The notes beneath the pieces were generated by a model. The model saw only the letters and a program-made list of their open reading frames with translations, had not been told where the DNA came from and did no database searches. The position numbers were made by a program, and so were the translations under genes. Below, piece after piece: positions 1-9,509 of a DNA stretch of 64,000 nucleotides; position 1 is the stretch's first letter; every line of letters begins with the position of its first letter. This DNA comes from a virus (taxonomy: Duplodnaviria; Caudoviricetes): positions 192,001 to 256,000 of IMG/VR virus record IMGVR_UViG_3300042013_000067. One strand, given 5' to 3'.

Positions 1-46
1 CTCTCCGAAAGGGGAGGGCCTTATTCCGTCTACGGCTTTTAAAGCC

Positions 47-54
47 TATATTAC
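47..54 (+). promoter_or_regulatory. phiKZ-type early promoter motif TATATTAC
   Basis: Exact TATATTAC directly after a terminator-like hairpin and upstream of an RBS and ATG; matches the published phiKZ early (virion RNAP) consensus. Confidence 0.65.
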
Positions 55-118
55 CTAAGGGAACATCTACTGGTCACACTAAGTCTATATGGGGGTTTGT
101 TTGCATTGCGGAGGTTTT

Positions 119-535
119 ATGCTTACCACGAACATTATGAACATGCTGCGCTACGAACGTAAGCTCAAGACACCGCCTAGTCCAGCTGGGATGTTTTCTA
201 TAGGTGCGATCGATCTGGCTAAAGCGGTAGCGTCGGATAAGCCAGTTATCCTCTGGCACACGTCGACTGGTAGCGAGTACATCGGTTACGAGTTGCTGGC
301 CACAGACACCTTCGGCAGCAACATCGCCATGGGTGTGCCTGGGATGCACCATGACCCGGAACGCAAGATTCACAGCATCTCTGAATTCTTCTTTATCGAG
401 TACGATGGGTTTATTGTGTCTGCGCCTTCGGTGTGGCCAATGAATGGACTGTATTGGTTGGGTAACGATGTTATCGACCGTTACTTAGTGCATGTGCAAT
501 TGACCAAGAAGAAGGTACCTAAATGTGCGGAATAG
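119..535 (+). CDS. hypothetical protein
   Basis: ORF 89..535; GGAGG RBS points to ATG at 119; overlaps the next gene. Confidence 0.75.
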   Translation: MLTTNIMNMLRYERKLKTPPSPAGMFSIGAIDLAKAVASDKPVILWHTSTGSEYIGYELLATDTFGSNIAMGVPGMHHDPERKIHSISEFFFIEYDGFIVSAPSVWPMNGLYWLGNDVIDRYLVHVQLTKKKVPKCAE

Positions 536-1191
536 ACTTCTTTAATATTGAGGGGCCGTGGGCAGGCATTGGGAGCCGTGAGGCACCGATGTCTGTTCAG
601 CTCCTTATGGCCCGTTACGCCCGTACAGCGTATGACCTAAAACTGGGTCGGTTGCACAGCGGTGATGCCATCGCTTCAGACTTTGCATTCTGGGTAGGGG
701 CACGACTGTCCAAGAACTTCTTCGAACTAGGGGCAAAGATCTTCTTGTCGAAGAACGGTTACCAAGGGCGCTGGCATGATGATCAGCTTGGCTTTATCAA
801 TGCCAAGAGTCTCGACCCCATCAAGTATGAAATCGCGGGTAAGCTGGCTTATGAAGCACGTAAGGGCTTCTACGGACTCGGCACTGGCGGTAAAGAATTA
901 GTAACACGTAACGCATTCCAGTTGTTAGATGAAGACCTCGAACACGCAGTGTCCAAATGTTTATACTGGGGTATTCCTCAAGGTAAAACCGAGAAAGTTC
1001 GCGGTGGTACCAACGTAGGGTTACAACTAGCAATCCTTTTCGATATTCCTCGGATGAACCTTTTCCATGAAGAGAACCAAAGGCTCCTCGAAGAGTGGCT
1101 GGCGCAAAAAGAAACAACCGAAGCCTACCCTAAACACCTCGACCGAATTATCGATTCCCGTCGTCAAGATCACCCGTGGCCAGGCTTCTGA
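523..1191 (+). CDS. SLOG-superfamily (DprA-like) protein
   Basis: Motifs AGIGSRE, HSGDA..SD.AF, TRN..Q.L..DL, GGT...LA....IPRMNL typical of phage DprA/SLOG-like proteins. Confidence 0.7.
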   Translation: MCGIDFFNIEGPWAGIGSREAPMSVQLLMARYARTAYDLKLGRLHSGDAIASDFAFWVGARLSKNFFELGAKIFLSKNGYQGRWHDDQLGFINAKSLDPIKYEIAGKLAYEARKGFYGLGTGGKELVTRNAFQLLDEDLEHAVSKCLYWGIPQGKTEKVRGGTNVGLQLAILFDIPRMNLFHEENQRLLEEWLAQKETTEAYPKHLDRIIDSRRQDHPWPGF

Positions 1192-1207
1192 AGAAACCGC
1201 CCTGGAC

Positions 1208-1393
1208 ATGCTGTTTGTGCGGGACAACCTCGTGATGTCGATCGACACCGAGAAGACATACAGCGCCAATGAAGTCATCGACTACGTGGATCAAGGCATC
1301 GAAGGGGTTCTTCGAGTCGTAGAGAAAGGAGCGGAACCATGGAGCCTAACAATCGACATCTGTCAAGCCTACTTCGACAAAATAAACTCATAA
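1208..1393 (+). CDS. small hypothetical protein (start uncertain)
   Basis: 3' part of ORF 1067..1393 fills the gap between genes. Confidence 0.45.
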   Translation: MLFVRDNLVMSIDTEKTYSANEVIDYVDQGIEGVLRVVEKGAEPWSLTIDICQAYFDKINS

Positions 1394-1839
1394 CCGAGTC
1401 TGTCGTAACACCATTGTGGATTCGTCGAACCGTAGAGGAACGACTGAAGAAAGCATGGCCACAGATCCCGGTCTATGGACTGGAAGAGCTAGCCCACAAG
1501 GCAACCACGCCTCGCTTTGCGGAAGCCGTGCCTGTGGCAGATCGGGCTACGTTATTAGTGTTGATCTTGGGTGGTGAGGTCAACTTCCTAAATGCCTACC
1601 TAGAACGTCTCAGTACACTACACGGCATAAAAGAACTCCACCCTGATAATGGTGACCTGGTTGCCGCGGCCGACATCGCCGGTCGTCTTAGCGACTACAG
1701 TGGTTATAAGGTGCGCATCGTTGGGCTCACCAACTTCGTCCACCTCAATGAAATCGTCGATAGCCACATGCATGCCGGGCGTCTGGTGGGTATAACAGTC
1801 GACATACTTGAGTCTACAACTAACGGGGTATCAACATGA
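1339..1839 (+). CDS. hypothetical protein, paralogue of 1836..2336
   Basis: AGGAG RBS; shares LE.L..KAT..F and GY..RI..L...G R.VGI..D.LE with the next ORF. Confidence 0.7.
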   Translation: MEPNNRHLSSLLRQNKLITESVVTPLWIRRTVEERLKKAWPQIPVYGLEELAHKATTPRFAEAVPVADRATLLVLILGGEVNFLNAYLERLSTLHGIKELHPDNGDLVAAADIAGRLSDYSGYKVRIVGLTNFVHLNEIVDSHMHAGRLVGITVDILESTTNGVST

Positions 1840-2336
1840 ATGATGTTATCCAGCAGCGGATTAAGAAACGTCGGGAAGAACTGGTTAATGAAGTGGCGTC
1901 ATTTCGTGAAGGGTTGGTAATGCCACTGGAGGCTCTGGTGCGTAAAGCAACCAGTGGTTTCCATGTGTTCCAGTACCCGAACCGGACCCGCCCGGCCCTG
2001 ATCTATTTCACGGTAGGTGAAGGGGTACAGGACGCTCTTCGACGGGTATGCGCCGTTATGGTCTCAGCATACAAAATGCAAGGTTTTGTACTGGATACTG
2101 AGGAAGGGTTACGACACGCTACCGTAGCCCTTACGGAGATGGTAAAGCGTATCGGCTATGACCTGCGCATTATCCATCTGCTGGATGCACGTGAGCTGAT
2201 TCGTACCGCGATCGAGTTACATGAAGTCGATGGTGGTCGGGTGGTAGGCATTGCTATTGACGAACTAGAGGACAAACACCATGACGGTAGTAGCAATGCA
2301 GCACACACTGCTGGAAACGATAGCAACGCCAACTGA
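1836..2336 (+). CDS. hypothetical protein, paralogue of 1339..1839
   Basis: ATGA overlap with the upstream gene; shared motifs. Confidence 0.75.
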   Translation: MNDVIQQRIKKRREELVNEVASFREGLVMPLEALVRKATSGFHVFQYPNRTRPALIYFTVGEGVQDALRRVCAVMVSAYKMQGFVLDTEEGLRHATVALTEMVKRIGYDLRIIHLLDARELIRTAIELHEVDGGRVVGIAIDELEDKHHDGSSNAAHTAGNDSNAN

Positions 2337-2985
2337 CCTGATGAAAGCAATGCAGGCGGCGAAGCATCCGTACTATCAATCGAGCGATACCAGCGACAGC
2401 TTCAAGGACATCGGTGCGTTTCTCGAAAGCTGGAAAGACTATGATATTGACCTGAACCGGGTGATCCGTTGGGACATCCGTAATGTCGCCGACGATTTCC
2501 CCGATGCAGTAGACATGGAATCTTCGGACATCGACTACTACGGTCCGTGGGGTACACAGTACATCGATATTCATTACGTAGCTCCACGTAAAGGCCATAC
2601 GTTCAGCAATCGTATCCTCAACCTAAAACCAGGTGATATGCCGCGCCTCTACGCGTGGTTGAAGAAGCATTGGGAATACACACAGCTGATGTGGGATCCC
2701 ATCCCTACAACTGTCTACGTACCACCTGAGTCTCCCCGCAGTCGGTTCCTCGACAAGATTAAGTCGATTGTTGACTACCAGACTGTTGCACCAAGTGGTG
2801 ATGTCGGGCATGTCCATGATAAGCTCAGCGCCAAGATCCACACTGTGGCCCACAACATCCTTGAGGTACTCGACCAAGATTACATTTTGCTGGAGAAAGC
2901 GGATGATGATGGACAACCGTTGGATGTCTCTCTGAACATTGCCGGTGAACTGGCCAAGACTTACTTTGACGAGATCAACACATGA
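2281..2985 (+). CDS. hypothetical protein with C-terminal family-X domain
   Basis: 234 aa; C-terminus ILEVLDQDYILL..NIAGELAKTYFDEINT matches the 10998-12318 family. Confidence 0.8.
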   Translation: MTVVAMQHTLLETIATPTDLMKAMQAAKHPYYQSSDTSDSFKDIGAFLESWKDYDIDLNRVIRWDIRNVADDFPDAVDMESSDIDYYGPWGTQYIDIHYVAPRKGHTFSNRILNLKPGDMPRLYAWLKKHWEYTQLMWDPIPTTVYVPPESPRSRFLDKIKSIVDYQTVAPSGDVGHVHDKLSAKIHTVAHNILEVLDQDYILLEKADDDGQPLDVSLNIAGELAKTYFDEINT

Positions 2986-3722
2986 GCGAAGCAGGGAAAC
3001 CACGTCGCCGGCTACGACTGCCTAGCCGGCTTGACTATAGTAGACTGGGTGAGATGCTGAAGCGGGAGCATGTTAGCGATGACCTGAAGGGGTTGGCAGC
3101 AACAGCATCGCCCGAAGCTGTGATCATGGTCATCCAGGAACTACACCGTTATGCCACCTACGTGCTGGCCCCACTTCGTCAGCATGACGAGCGGGCGACG
3201 TTCGATGGTTTCGACATGGTAGTGATCTATGTCCGCGCTGTGATTCGGGAACAGTTCGGTGGGGTATTCACACCATCGTTGGAACATGCAAAGTTGCTGG
3301 ACGACATCCAAAGTGATCCGCTGCATTCAACTATCAGCGAGATCTATAGTCTGCGTAACGTCCCGCACCATGACACCACTCGGATCCTGATCATGGTGAC
3401 TCAGATCCTCAAGCATTTAATGGAAACGCGCTCGGCTCTCCATGGGTTGCAGCCCGACTTTCTTCGTTGGATGCAGCACGACGCCATGTTACACACGTAT
3501 GTCGCTGTATGGTTGAATCGAGGCTTTGCTCGACGTGGGCTGACTCAACCCCGCTCTTTGGGTGAGAATGACGAGTGGCTATGGGAGCGACTGCGTGACG
3601 CACAGCGTGACGCTGGTGCTAGCAAGCGTGACTTCTTTAACCATTGGACAGCACCAAGGGAAAACCATCCAATTCCCCACAGCGATCTGTGTCCTGAAAT
3701 CCCTTACAAGGAAAAGCCTTAA
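2982..3722 (+). CDS. hypothetical protein
   Basis: 246 aa ORF with ATGA overlap in the operon. Confidence 0.75.
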   Translation: MSEAGKPRRRLRLPSRLDYSRLGEMLKREHVSDDLKGLAATASPEAVIMVIQELHRYATYVLAPLRQHDERATFDGFDMVVIYVRAVIREQFGGVFTPSLEHAKLLDDIQSDPLHSTISEIYSLRNVPHHDTTRILIMVTQILKHLMETRSALHGLQPDFLRWMQHDAMLHTYVAVWLNRGFARRGLTQPRSLGENDEWLWERLRDAQRDAGASKRDFFNHWTAPRENHPIPHSDLCPEIPYKEKP

Positions 3723-4460
3723 ATGTCAATTATGAACGACGTGTGGATCATCAAACAATCCACACCACCGACCCACATCCGTTTCCACGACGGCCAGCAA
3801 TTAGAGCCATGTTGGGCTGGTTTGAGCCACACCACTGAACAACTGGACGACTGGTGTCGTCGCTTCCACGCCACGGCGGTTACTGACAAGGTCCTCACCG
3901 AGGAACTTGAATGGCGCCCGATGATCGAGCCGTTCGTGCGTGAGTGTGTACGTAAAGTCGAAGACACCAAGGTGATCTCCTACGGTGTATCGAGCTTCGG
4001 TTACGACGTGCGTTTGGCTGCCGAGTTCAAGATCTTCACCAACGCCAATGGTGGTGTGATCGATCCGAAACGTCTGGACGAATCAGCCGTACTGATCGAT
4101 GGTATCGTGCGTATAGACGAATGGGGTGACCGCTATGTGATCCTGCCACCGAACAGCTACCTGCTGGGTCGTACCATGGAATACTTCATTATTCCACGGG
4201 ACATCATGGTGGTGTGTCTGGGCAAGTCGACCTACGCCCGCTCTGGTGCCATCGTTAACGTGACGCCGATCGAAGCTGAGTTCGAAGGTAACGTTGTAAT
4301 TGAAGTGAGTAACAGCACGACTCTCCCCATGAAGGTTTATGTAGGTGAGGGTATTTCGCAATTCCTCTTCTTTAAAGGTAACGAACCCTGCATGGTCTCC
4401 TACAAAGACCGTGGTGGCAAGTACCAAGGGCAAACCGGTATCACTAACGCCAAGGTGTGA
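3723..4460 (+). CDS. dcd: dCTP deaminase (with ~50-aa N-terminal insertion)
   Basis: [51 protein letters not shown]; very like Pseudomonas Dcd. Confidence 0.95.
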   Translation: MSIMNDVWIIKQSTPPTHIRFHDGQQLEPCWAGLSHTTEQLDDWCRRFHATAVTDKVLTEELEWRPMIEPFVRECVRKVEDTKVISYGVSSFGYDVRLAAEFKIFTNANGGVIDPKRLDESAVLIDGIVRIDEWGDRYVILPPNSYLLGRTMEYFIIPRDIMVVCLGKSTYARSGAIVNVTPIEAEFEGNVVIEVSNSTTLPMKVYVGEGISQFLFFKGNEPCMVSYKDRGGKYQGQTGITNAKV

Positions 4461-4461
4461 T

Positions 4462-4800
4462 ATGCCAAAACCGCTTGTGATGCGAGATCTTAATGAGATT
4501 GCTGACTACCTACTTGCTAATCACCACAAGTGTGCTCGCAGTCTGTTCGCTGTAATACGGCAGCGTATTGGGCAGGTTGAAGCACAGGTGGGTATAGGCT
4601 CTAAGTTTCAGTTCTTGCTTTCGGATGTGCAGCCTGGTTGTTTAGATCTGGACATAACCGACGATGTTCTATTCTTCCAAGCGTTCACGCTAGACCCGAC
4701 CAACGATCAGGTTATCGTTAAGACCAACACCCTGTATACACTCCATCGTGTCACAGGGCAACTGGTTGATTACACTGACAAACTAATGACTCTACATTAA
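4462..4800 (+). CDS. hypothetical protein
   Basis: ATG immediately after the dcd stop, in the frame of ORF 4345..4800. Confidence 0.7.
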   Translation: MPKPLVMRDLNEIADYLLANHHKCARSLFAVIRQRIGQVEAQVGIGSKFQFLLSDVQPGCLDLDITDDVLFFQAFTLDPTNDQVIVKTNTLYTLHRVTGQLVDYTDKLMTLH

Positions 4801-4808
4801 GGACGCCC

Positions 4809-5795
4809 ATGTCTCGATTTACAGTGTTGTACCACCGCGGTTGCAACGATGGCTTAGCGGCCGCTTGGGCAGCACGCGAGGTTTTGAAGGACCAAGCTAT
4901 CTACCTGCCATATCAATACGGTGATGAGATTCCAGTCGTGTGCTTGGGTACGCATCTGATCCTAGTGGATCTGTCGTTGACCCAAGACCAGATCAGTGAG
5001 ATCTATGATCAGGTCGTGATGTCGATCATGGTTGTGGACCACCATGCCAGTGCTGAGCGGGAGTTGATGGGTCTGGTTACGATGCCGACGTTTGACGCTT
5101 ACCGTGCTGCGATCAACTCACCGACTGGCTACAAAGTCTTCAAACTGTTCGATCAAGAACACTCCGGCGCCGTACTGAGCTGGGCGTTCTTTAATAACGT
5201 CAATACGCTTCGGTCGTACAACGAAGAATGGGTACATCGCATACCCAAGGCTTTGCTGTATATCGAAGACTACGACTTGTGGCGTCATGTCTATCCAGAG
5301 AGCAAAGCAGTTAATGCTTGGCTGATCAACGGCGGCGCCTCAATGGATCGCGTTAGTGACATGATCGACTATAAAGGCGACATTCACGAGAAGGTGCTTG
5401 AACTCGGCAACGCCATGATCAAGTACGACGAGAAGATTGCTCGCAGTGTGATCCGTGACTATGCTGAGGAGTACACATACGGCGACGGCACCATGGTCGT
5501 GATCAATGCACCGCACCACCTGCGAAACATGATCGGTGATCTACTGTCCTCGAAGTATTTGTTCGTGGTCTGTTACACCCGTCGTAAAGACCGGACCATA
5601 TTCAGCCTGCGCTCTCAACACTTTGATGTGAGTCCGATCGCTGAGCAGCATGGTGGCGGTGGGCATCGCAATGCCGCTGCATTCTCGGTACCGAATGCGC
5701 CTAACTACAACCTGCTCGCTCTCATGAGTAAGCCGTCGTTCATGTCTCGCCTGCGCATGGCGTTAACGGTTCTTTTCCCACGGAGATCCAAATGA
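4809..5795 (+). CDS. DHH/DHHA1-family phosphoesterase
   Basis: YH..CNDG, LVDLS, VVDHH, DYDLW, FSLRS and GGGGHRNAAAF motifs. Confidence 0.9.
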   Translation: MSRFTVLYHRGCNDGLAAAWAAREVLKDQAIYLPYQYGDEIPVVCLGTHLILVDLSLTQDQISEIYDQVVMSIMVVDHHASAERELMGLVTMPTFDAYRAAINSPTGYKVFKLFDQEHSGAVLSWAFFNNVNTLRSYNEEWVHRIPKALLYIEDYDLWRHVYPESKAVNAWLINGGASMDRVSDMIDYKGDIHEKVLELGNAMIKYDEKIARSVIRDYAEEYTYGDGTMVVINAPHHLRNMIGDLLSSKYLFVVCYTRRKDRTIFSLRSQHFDVSPIAEQHGGGGHRNAAAFSVPNAPNYNLLALMSKPSFMSRLRMALTVLFPRRSK

Positions 5796-5992
5796 AACAA
5801 GCCCCAAATCAGTTTAATGCGACCCAGTTGTTCCGTGACGGTTGGCCCATCCACACTGAAGTGGTGGTGAACGATGTGAAAGTCATCGTACCCGCTCGGC
5901 CGCTCGGTCTAGATACCATCCCTAACCGCTTCAAGCAAGCGTGGGCTGTGTTTACCGGTAAAGCTGACGCTCTGTACTGGACCGGTCAGTAA
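5792..5992 (+). CDS. small hypothetical protein
   Basis: 66 aa, ATGA overlap, followed by a terminator. Confidence 0.75.
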   Translation: MKQAPNQFNATQLFRDGWPIHTEVVVNDVKVIVPARPLGLDTIPNRFKQAWAVFTGKADALYWTGQ

Positions 5993-6031
5993 ACGGCATA
6001 GAGGAGCCCACCGAGGCTCCTCGTGTTATTC
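5993..6031 (+). terminator. nested-palindrome terminator
   Basis: ACGGCATA-GAGGAGCC-caccga-GGCTCCTC-gtgTTATTCC right after a stop codon. Confidence 0.75.
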
Positions 6032-6048
6032 CCAGTTGTATAGAGGAC

Positions 6049-6056
6049 TATATCAC
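6049..6056 (+). promoter_or_regulatory. early promoter motif TATATCAC
   Basis: One-mismatch variant of TATATTAC placed just after a terminator. Confidence 0.55.
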
Positions 6057-6135
6057 CAGAGTGTATTAACTGAAACACCGAACCCCTGAAATGTGGCGTA
6101 GTCACAAACCTCATCAACTATTAAAGGATACACCG

Positions 6136-6531
6136 ATGGCCCGTTACGAAAACGACAGCGTTTACTTCAGTCTGCACACCGCCGACGACATTCGTCTGGA
6201 TCACGTCAAGCGCGATCAGCAAGTAGACATCGACATGATTATCACCGCGGTGGTGCTCACCAACACCGAGGACGACACCAGCGACATGGAGTACGGCTAC
6301 TTCCGTGCCAACCAACTCCAACCTGATGGTACTTGGAAAGAAATGCATGGTGACGACTTCACCTATGCTTTCCAACGGGCACTGCAGCCCCTGATCGAAG
6401 AATCCGGTCGCGCTACATCTGGCCCAATGCCCTGCATGATGCACAGTGAGTTCAAGTACACACACATCCCACTGCACCAAGCACGCAACTACCGCGCCAA
6501 GCTGGCCAGCGCAATCAAAAACAATATCTGA
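6136..6531 (+). CDS. hypothetical protein
   Basis: AAGGA RBS before ATG 6136; biased codon usage. Confidence 0.8.
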   Translation: MARYENDSVYFSLHTADDIRLDHVKRDQQVDIDMIITAVVLTNTEDDTSDMEYGYFRANQLQPDGTWKEMHGDDFTYAFQRALQPLIEESGRATSGPMPCMMHSEFKYTHIPLHQARNYRAKLASAIKNNI

Positions 6532-6537
6532 ATAAAG

Positions 6538-6560
6538 GGTGTGGGGTTCGTCCCCACACC
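6538..6560 (+). terminator. stem-loop with UUCG-type loop
   Basis: GGTGTGGGG-ttcgt-CCCCACACC. Confidence 0.6.
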
Positions 6561-6576
6561 TACCTAAGGAGTTGGT

Positions 6577-7353
6577 ATGTCATTGTTTAGCTGGTTGGGT
6601 CGTAGTGGATTACCTGTTATTTCTTTTCAAGACCAATGTCGCAATATCCTGAAGAAGGGTGGTCTGCCTTGTTTTTCTTTACGGTGGGTCAGTAATCAGG
6701 AAGACGATTACTTTATTGTTCAGTGTGTCAATGCCGATGGTTCTTATGGTGGTGTTTCCACGAAGGAACTCAGGTCGCCATCGGTAGGTCAACGTGTACT
6801 GCGTGATGAATTCGTAGAGCGCCTAACACTGGTAGACATCGATTCGGTCCTACCGAACAACGGTACTGACGTCCCACGCCTGTATGAACGTGTACACCAG
6901 TTATCCCAACATTTGCCGTACGACGTCAAGGCCTGTGTGCTTACGTTATCAGGTGGTGAGCCAGTATGGGTTAAGGGTGCGTTTAATTTCAATGAGGCCG
7001 GCTTTAGTGCTGAGCGTGCTTACCACGACCCTAACCGCGCTAACGCCATACAGGCTGTGTTCATTCCATGGAGTCTGGTTCCTTACTACAGTGGGACGTT
7101 CTGGTATGAATACGTGCAGGAAAAGGTTGAGGACTATGTCTACTATCCTTGGATGGGTGATCGCATCAGTGATGAGGCCAAGGAACAGCGGGTACAAGAA
7201 CTAACCGACACCATTCGTCGCAACTTGGGTGACGAAACACGTAAGCCTCCGCTGCAACAGCGTTTGGAAAGAAACCTCGAACAACGTAAGCTTCTTGATA
7301 AAGAACTTGCTGAAATTATCCAACTGATGAAGAAACCACATGTACACGAATAA
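6577..7353 (+). CDS. hypothetical protein
   Basis: 258 aa, AAGGAG RBS. Confidence 0.8.
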   Translation: MSLFSWLGRSGLPVISFQDQCRNILKKGGLPCFSLRWVSNQEDDYFIVQCVNADGSYGGVSTKELRSPSVGQRVLRDEFVERLTLVDIDSVLPNNGTDVPRLYERVHQLSQHLPYDVKACVLTLSGGEPVWVKGAFNFNEAGFSAERAYHDPNRANAIQAVFIPWSLVPYYSGTFWYEYVQEKVEDYVYYPWMGDRISDEAKEQRVQELTDTIRRNLGDETRKPPLQQRLERNLEQRKLLDKELAEIIQLMKKPHVHE

Positions 7354-7822
7354 CCTCGATGTCTGGATTGGTTTACTCTTAGTAGCCAATAGCCCTAACC
7401 GTGTTGTGAAGAAGACCGTGTTAGCATTGATGAAGAACGCACATCCGTACACCGTGCGTGGTATCCTCACTCGTATCTTGAACGCCCGGATGATGGGTAA
7501 AGAAATCGTTAAGGCGGCTCAGGGTCTGGAAGAAACCGATGAAGAGATTCGTAGCTTTGTCCATGACGGCTACGATGGCTTCGTTCAGATCGTCTATGGG
7601 GGTAAGCCTGAGTTCTTCCCATTCCGTATTACCGTTAGTAGTGCTGATGATGAGAAATGGGCGCTGGCTAACGAGAACACGATCCGTCTTACCATCGCTG
7701 ACATTGTGATGCGTAAGATCGGGGTTAAACAACTGACGGCACGGGTATTCCTGTTCAGTGAAGGCGGGTGGTCTGGGCTGCATGAAGATGTTACCGTAAT
7801 CGACGAACATAAGCCGAAGTAG
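7340..7822 (+). CDS. hypothetical protein
   Basis: 160 aa, overlaps the upstream gene. Confidence 0.75.
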   Translation: MYTNNLDVWIGLLLVANSPNRVVKKTVLALMKNAHPYTVRGILTRILNARMMGKEIVKAAQGLEETDEEIRSFVHDGYDGFVQIVYGGKPEFFPFRITVSSADDEKWALANENTIRLTIADIVMRKIGVKQLTARVFLFSEGGWSGLHEDVTVIDEHKPK

Positions 7823-7877
7823 AGATTTACGGGGTTTGGGTATTATTTGTTGTAATCCCAACCAAAAGGACGACCCC

Positions 7878-8603
7878 ATGTCTCACCGTGAACACATCTT
7901 GGCTTTTATCGGCTCTGAACTTGCTGTAATCCGCACTAATGGCGAAAACACCCCGGAAGCCTTCCGGCACAATGCTTTCACCCCACGCACGGATTACATC
8001 GATAACGTACTGTTCAACAACATGCAGTACGCGACTGAGATTACTTGGCGTGATACCGCTGAGCTCTGGCCGGAAGATGCTGACCCGCTGTTGGTAGCAC
8101 CATGCCGTCACCGTCAAATCCTGCCATATGCACCACTGACCCAGATCGCCGAAGGCATCAAGCGTTATGCGGTCTACCAGCGTGTGAAAGGCATCGGCGA
8201 ATCGCGTCTGTTGCGCGGTCACTCGATCGGTTTCGGTGGCCATCTGACTGGCAAATATGTCCAGTACGACGACCATGGTGGTATCATGGTCAAGCCGTCT
8301 ATCCATGCTGGCCTCAAGGCTGAAATGGGTGAAGAGTGTCACGTCGATATCGATGCACCAGGTGTGCAGGTGATCCCGTGGGGCTACATCAATTCGGTTA
8401 TGTCGCCGGTTGATGCGCTGCACTTCTCCTACGTGGTTGAAGTTCAAGTGCCTGCTGACTACCCCGTACTGGTCAACGAGCAGGGCCTGAGCTTCAAGGG
8501 CTTCTTCACCAAAGAAGAAATCATTCAGATGCACGAAGAGCTGCCGAAAGAAGTTGGTTTCGAAAGCTGGTCGCGTATGCTGATCGAACACGGTCTGCAA
8601 TAA
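7878..8603 (+). CDS. NUDIX (MutT-like, COG4112-type) hydrolase
   Basis: RQILPY..Y.VYQR.KG.GE.RL...SIGFGGH, E.GEE Nudix box remnant, GYIN...VDALHF; AAGGA RBS. Confidence 0.75.
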   Translation: MSHREHILAFIGSELAVIRTNGENTPEAFRHNAFTPRTDYIDNVLFNNMQYATEITWRDTAELWPEDADPLLVAPCRHRQILPYAPLTQIAEGIKRYAVYQRVKGIGESRLLRGHSIGFGGHLTGKYVQYDDHGGIMVKPSIHAGLKAEMGEECHVDIDAPGVQVIPWGYINSVMSPVDALHFSYVVEVQVPADYPVLVNEQGLSFKGFFTKEEIIQMHEELPKEVGFESWSRMLIEHGLQ

Positions 8604-8613
8604 TACTACTGAC

Positions 8614-8644
8614 TAGAGCTGGGGCAACCCGGCTCTATTCCGTT
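8614..8644 (+). terminator. nested-palindrome terminator
   Basis: TAGAGCTGGG-gcaa-CCCGGCTCTA-TTCCGTT. Confidence 0.7.
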
Positions 8645-8665
8645 ATTTAGAATGGTGAATTACCC

Positions 8666-9055
8666 ATGGATTATAAGAAGGTCCGTTTCAACAGTGCTAA
8701 GCTGGAGTTCAGGGAAGAGCAACGTGGCTCTCTTACGATCCTCACCGCACGGAATCCAGAACTTAAAGCCGTCGTCAGGACACCGACGTTTGAAAGCCGC
8801 GGCTTTCTCTGTGAGTTCGTCGGTACCAAACACACATATGTCTACCAGGTAGAACCAGTGGGTGATACCGGGATCAATGCGCTGATTGCATTGGCTCAAT
8901 GTTTCTTTGTATCCAAACACTTCGACCATGTCGGTGATTTGGTGCAGCTCTGTTATACCCACTTGGGTGAGATCTATCGACACACGTTCGAGCGTGACCC
9001 TAAGTACGATCAACCTATCCTCATCTACCTCGATCAACTAAATGCTAAGGAATGA
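8666..9055 (+). CDS. hypothetical protein
   Basis: 129 aa ORF coupled to the sspB-like gene. Confidence 0.75.
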   Translation: MDYKKVRFNSAKLEFREEQRGSLTILTARNPELKAVVRTPTFESRGFLCEFVGTKHTYVYQVEPVGDTGINALIALAQCFFVSKHFDHVGDLVQLCYTHLGEIYRHTFERDPKYDQPILIYLDQLNAKE

Positions 9056-9507
9056 ACATCATGGATCAAAAGGCCTATAACCGCAAGGTTGTTGAACATC
9101 TCTTCGACCTGCTGGAGACCGCATGCGCCGATCGGTGGCACATGGTGTTCGACATGGTGTTCATCGAGGAGAAGCAACAGCTGGAACAGTTCGCTCAGGA
9201 TAATGTCCTGATCTTGAACTTCCACCCCTTGGCGTGTCGTAACATGCACATCGGTGATGAGTACATCACGGTCAATATGAAGTTGCAGGGCATGCCTATG
9301 CATCTGGTATTGCCATTCACCGCTATCCGCGGGATCCATTTGGAACTGGCCGAAGGTAACATCACTTTCGTGCCAGCTCAAGTGATGGTGATGATCGCCA
9401 TCGATGCACCGACACCCACAGGGGCGCACGATGAACCTAAACCACTGCCAGAGAACGTCATTCAGATGTTCGGCAAGAATCCTAAACCCACCACTAAAGA
9501 GAGCTAA
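9052..9507 (+). CDS. sspB: SspB-like (ClpXP adaptor homologue)
   Basis: FAQDNVLILNFHPLACRNMHIGDEYITVNMKLQGMPMHLVLPFTAIRGI aligns by eye with the SspB core YARDGQIVLNIAPRAVGNLELANDEVRFNARFGGIP. Confidence 0.75.
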   Translation: MNIMDQKAYNRKVVEHLFDLLETACADRWHMVFDMVFIEEKQQLEQFAQDNVLILNFHPLACRNMHIGDEYITVNMKLQGMPMHLVLPFTAIRGIHLELAEGNITFVPAQVMVMIAIDAPTPTGAHDEPKPLPENVIQMFGKNPKPTTKES

Positions 9508-9509
9508 GA

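Noticed and set aside
3723-4460. dcd as a bacterial anti-phage dCTP-depletion defence gene
   Set aside because: It is the housekeeping trimeric dUTPase-fold Dcd in a phage operon context, not the kinase-fused CDA-fold defence type
7827-8600. 257-aa - strand ORF
   Set aside because: Antisense shadow of the NUDIX gene
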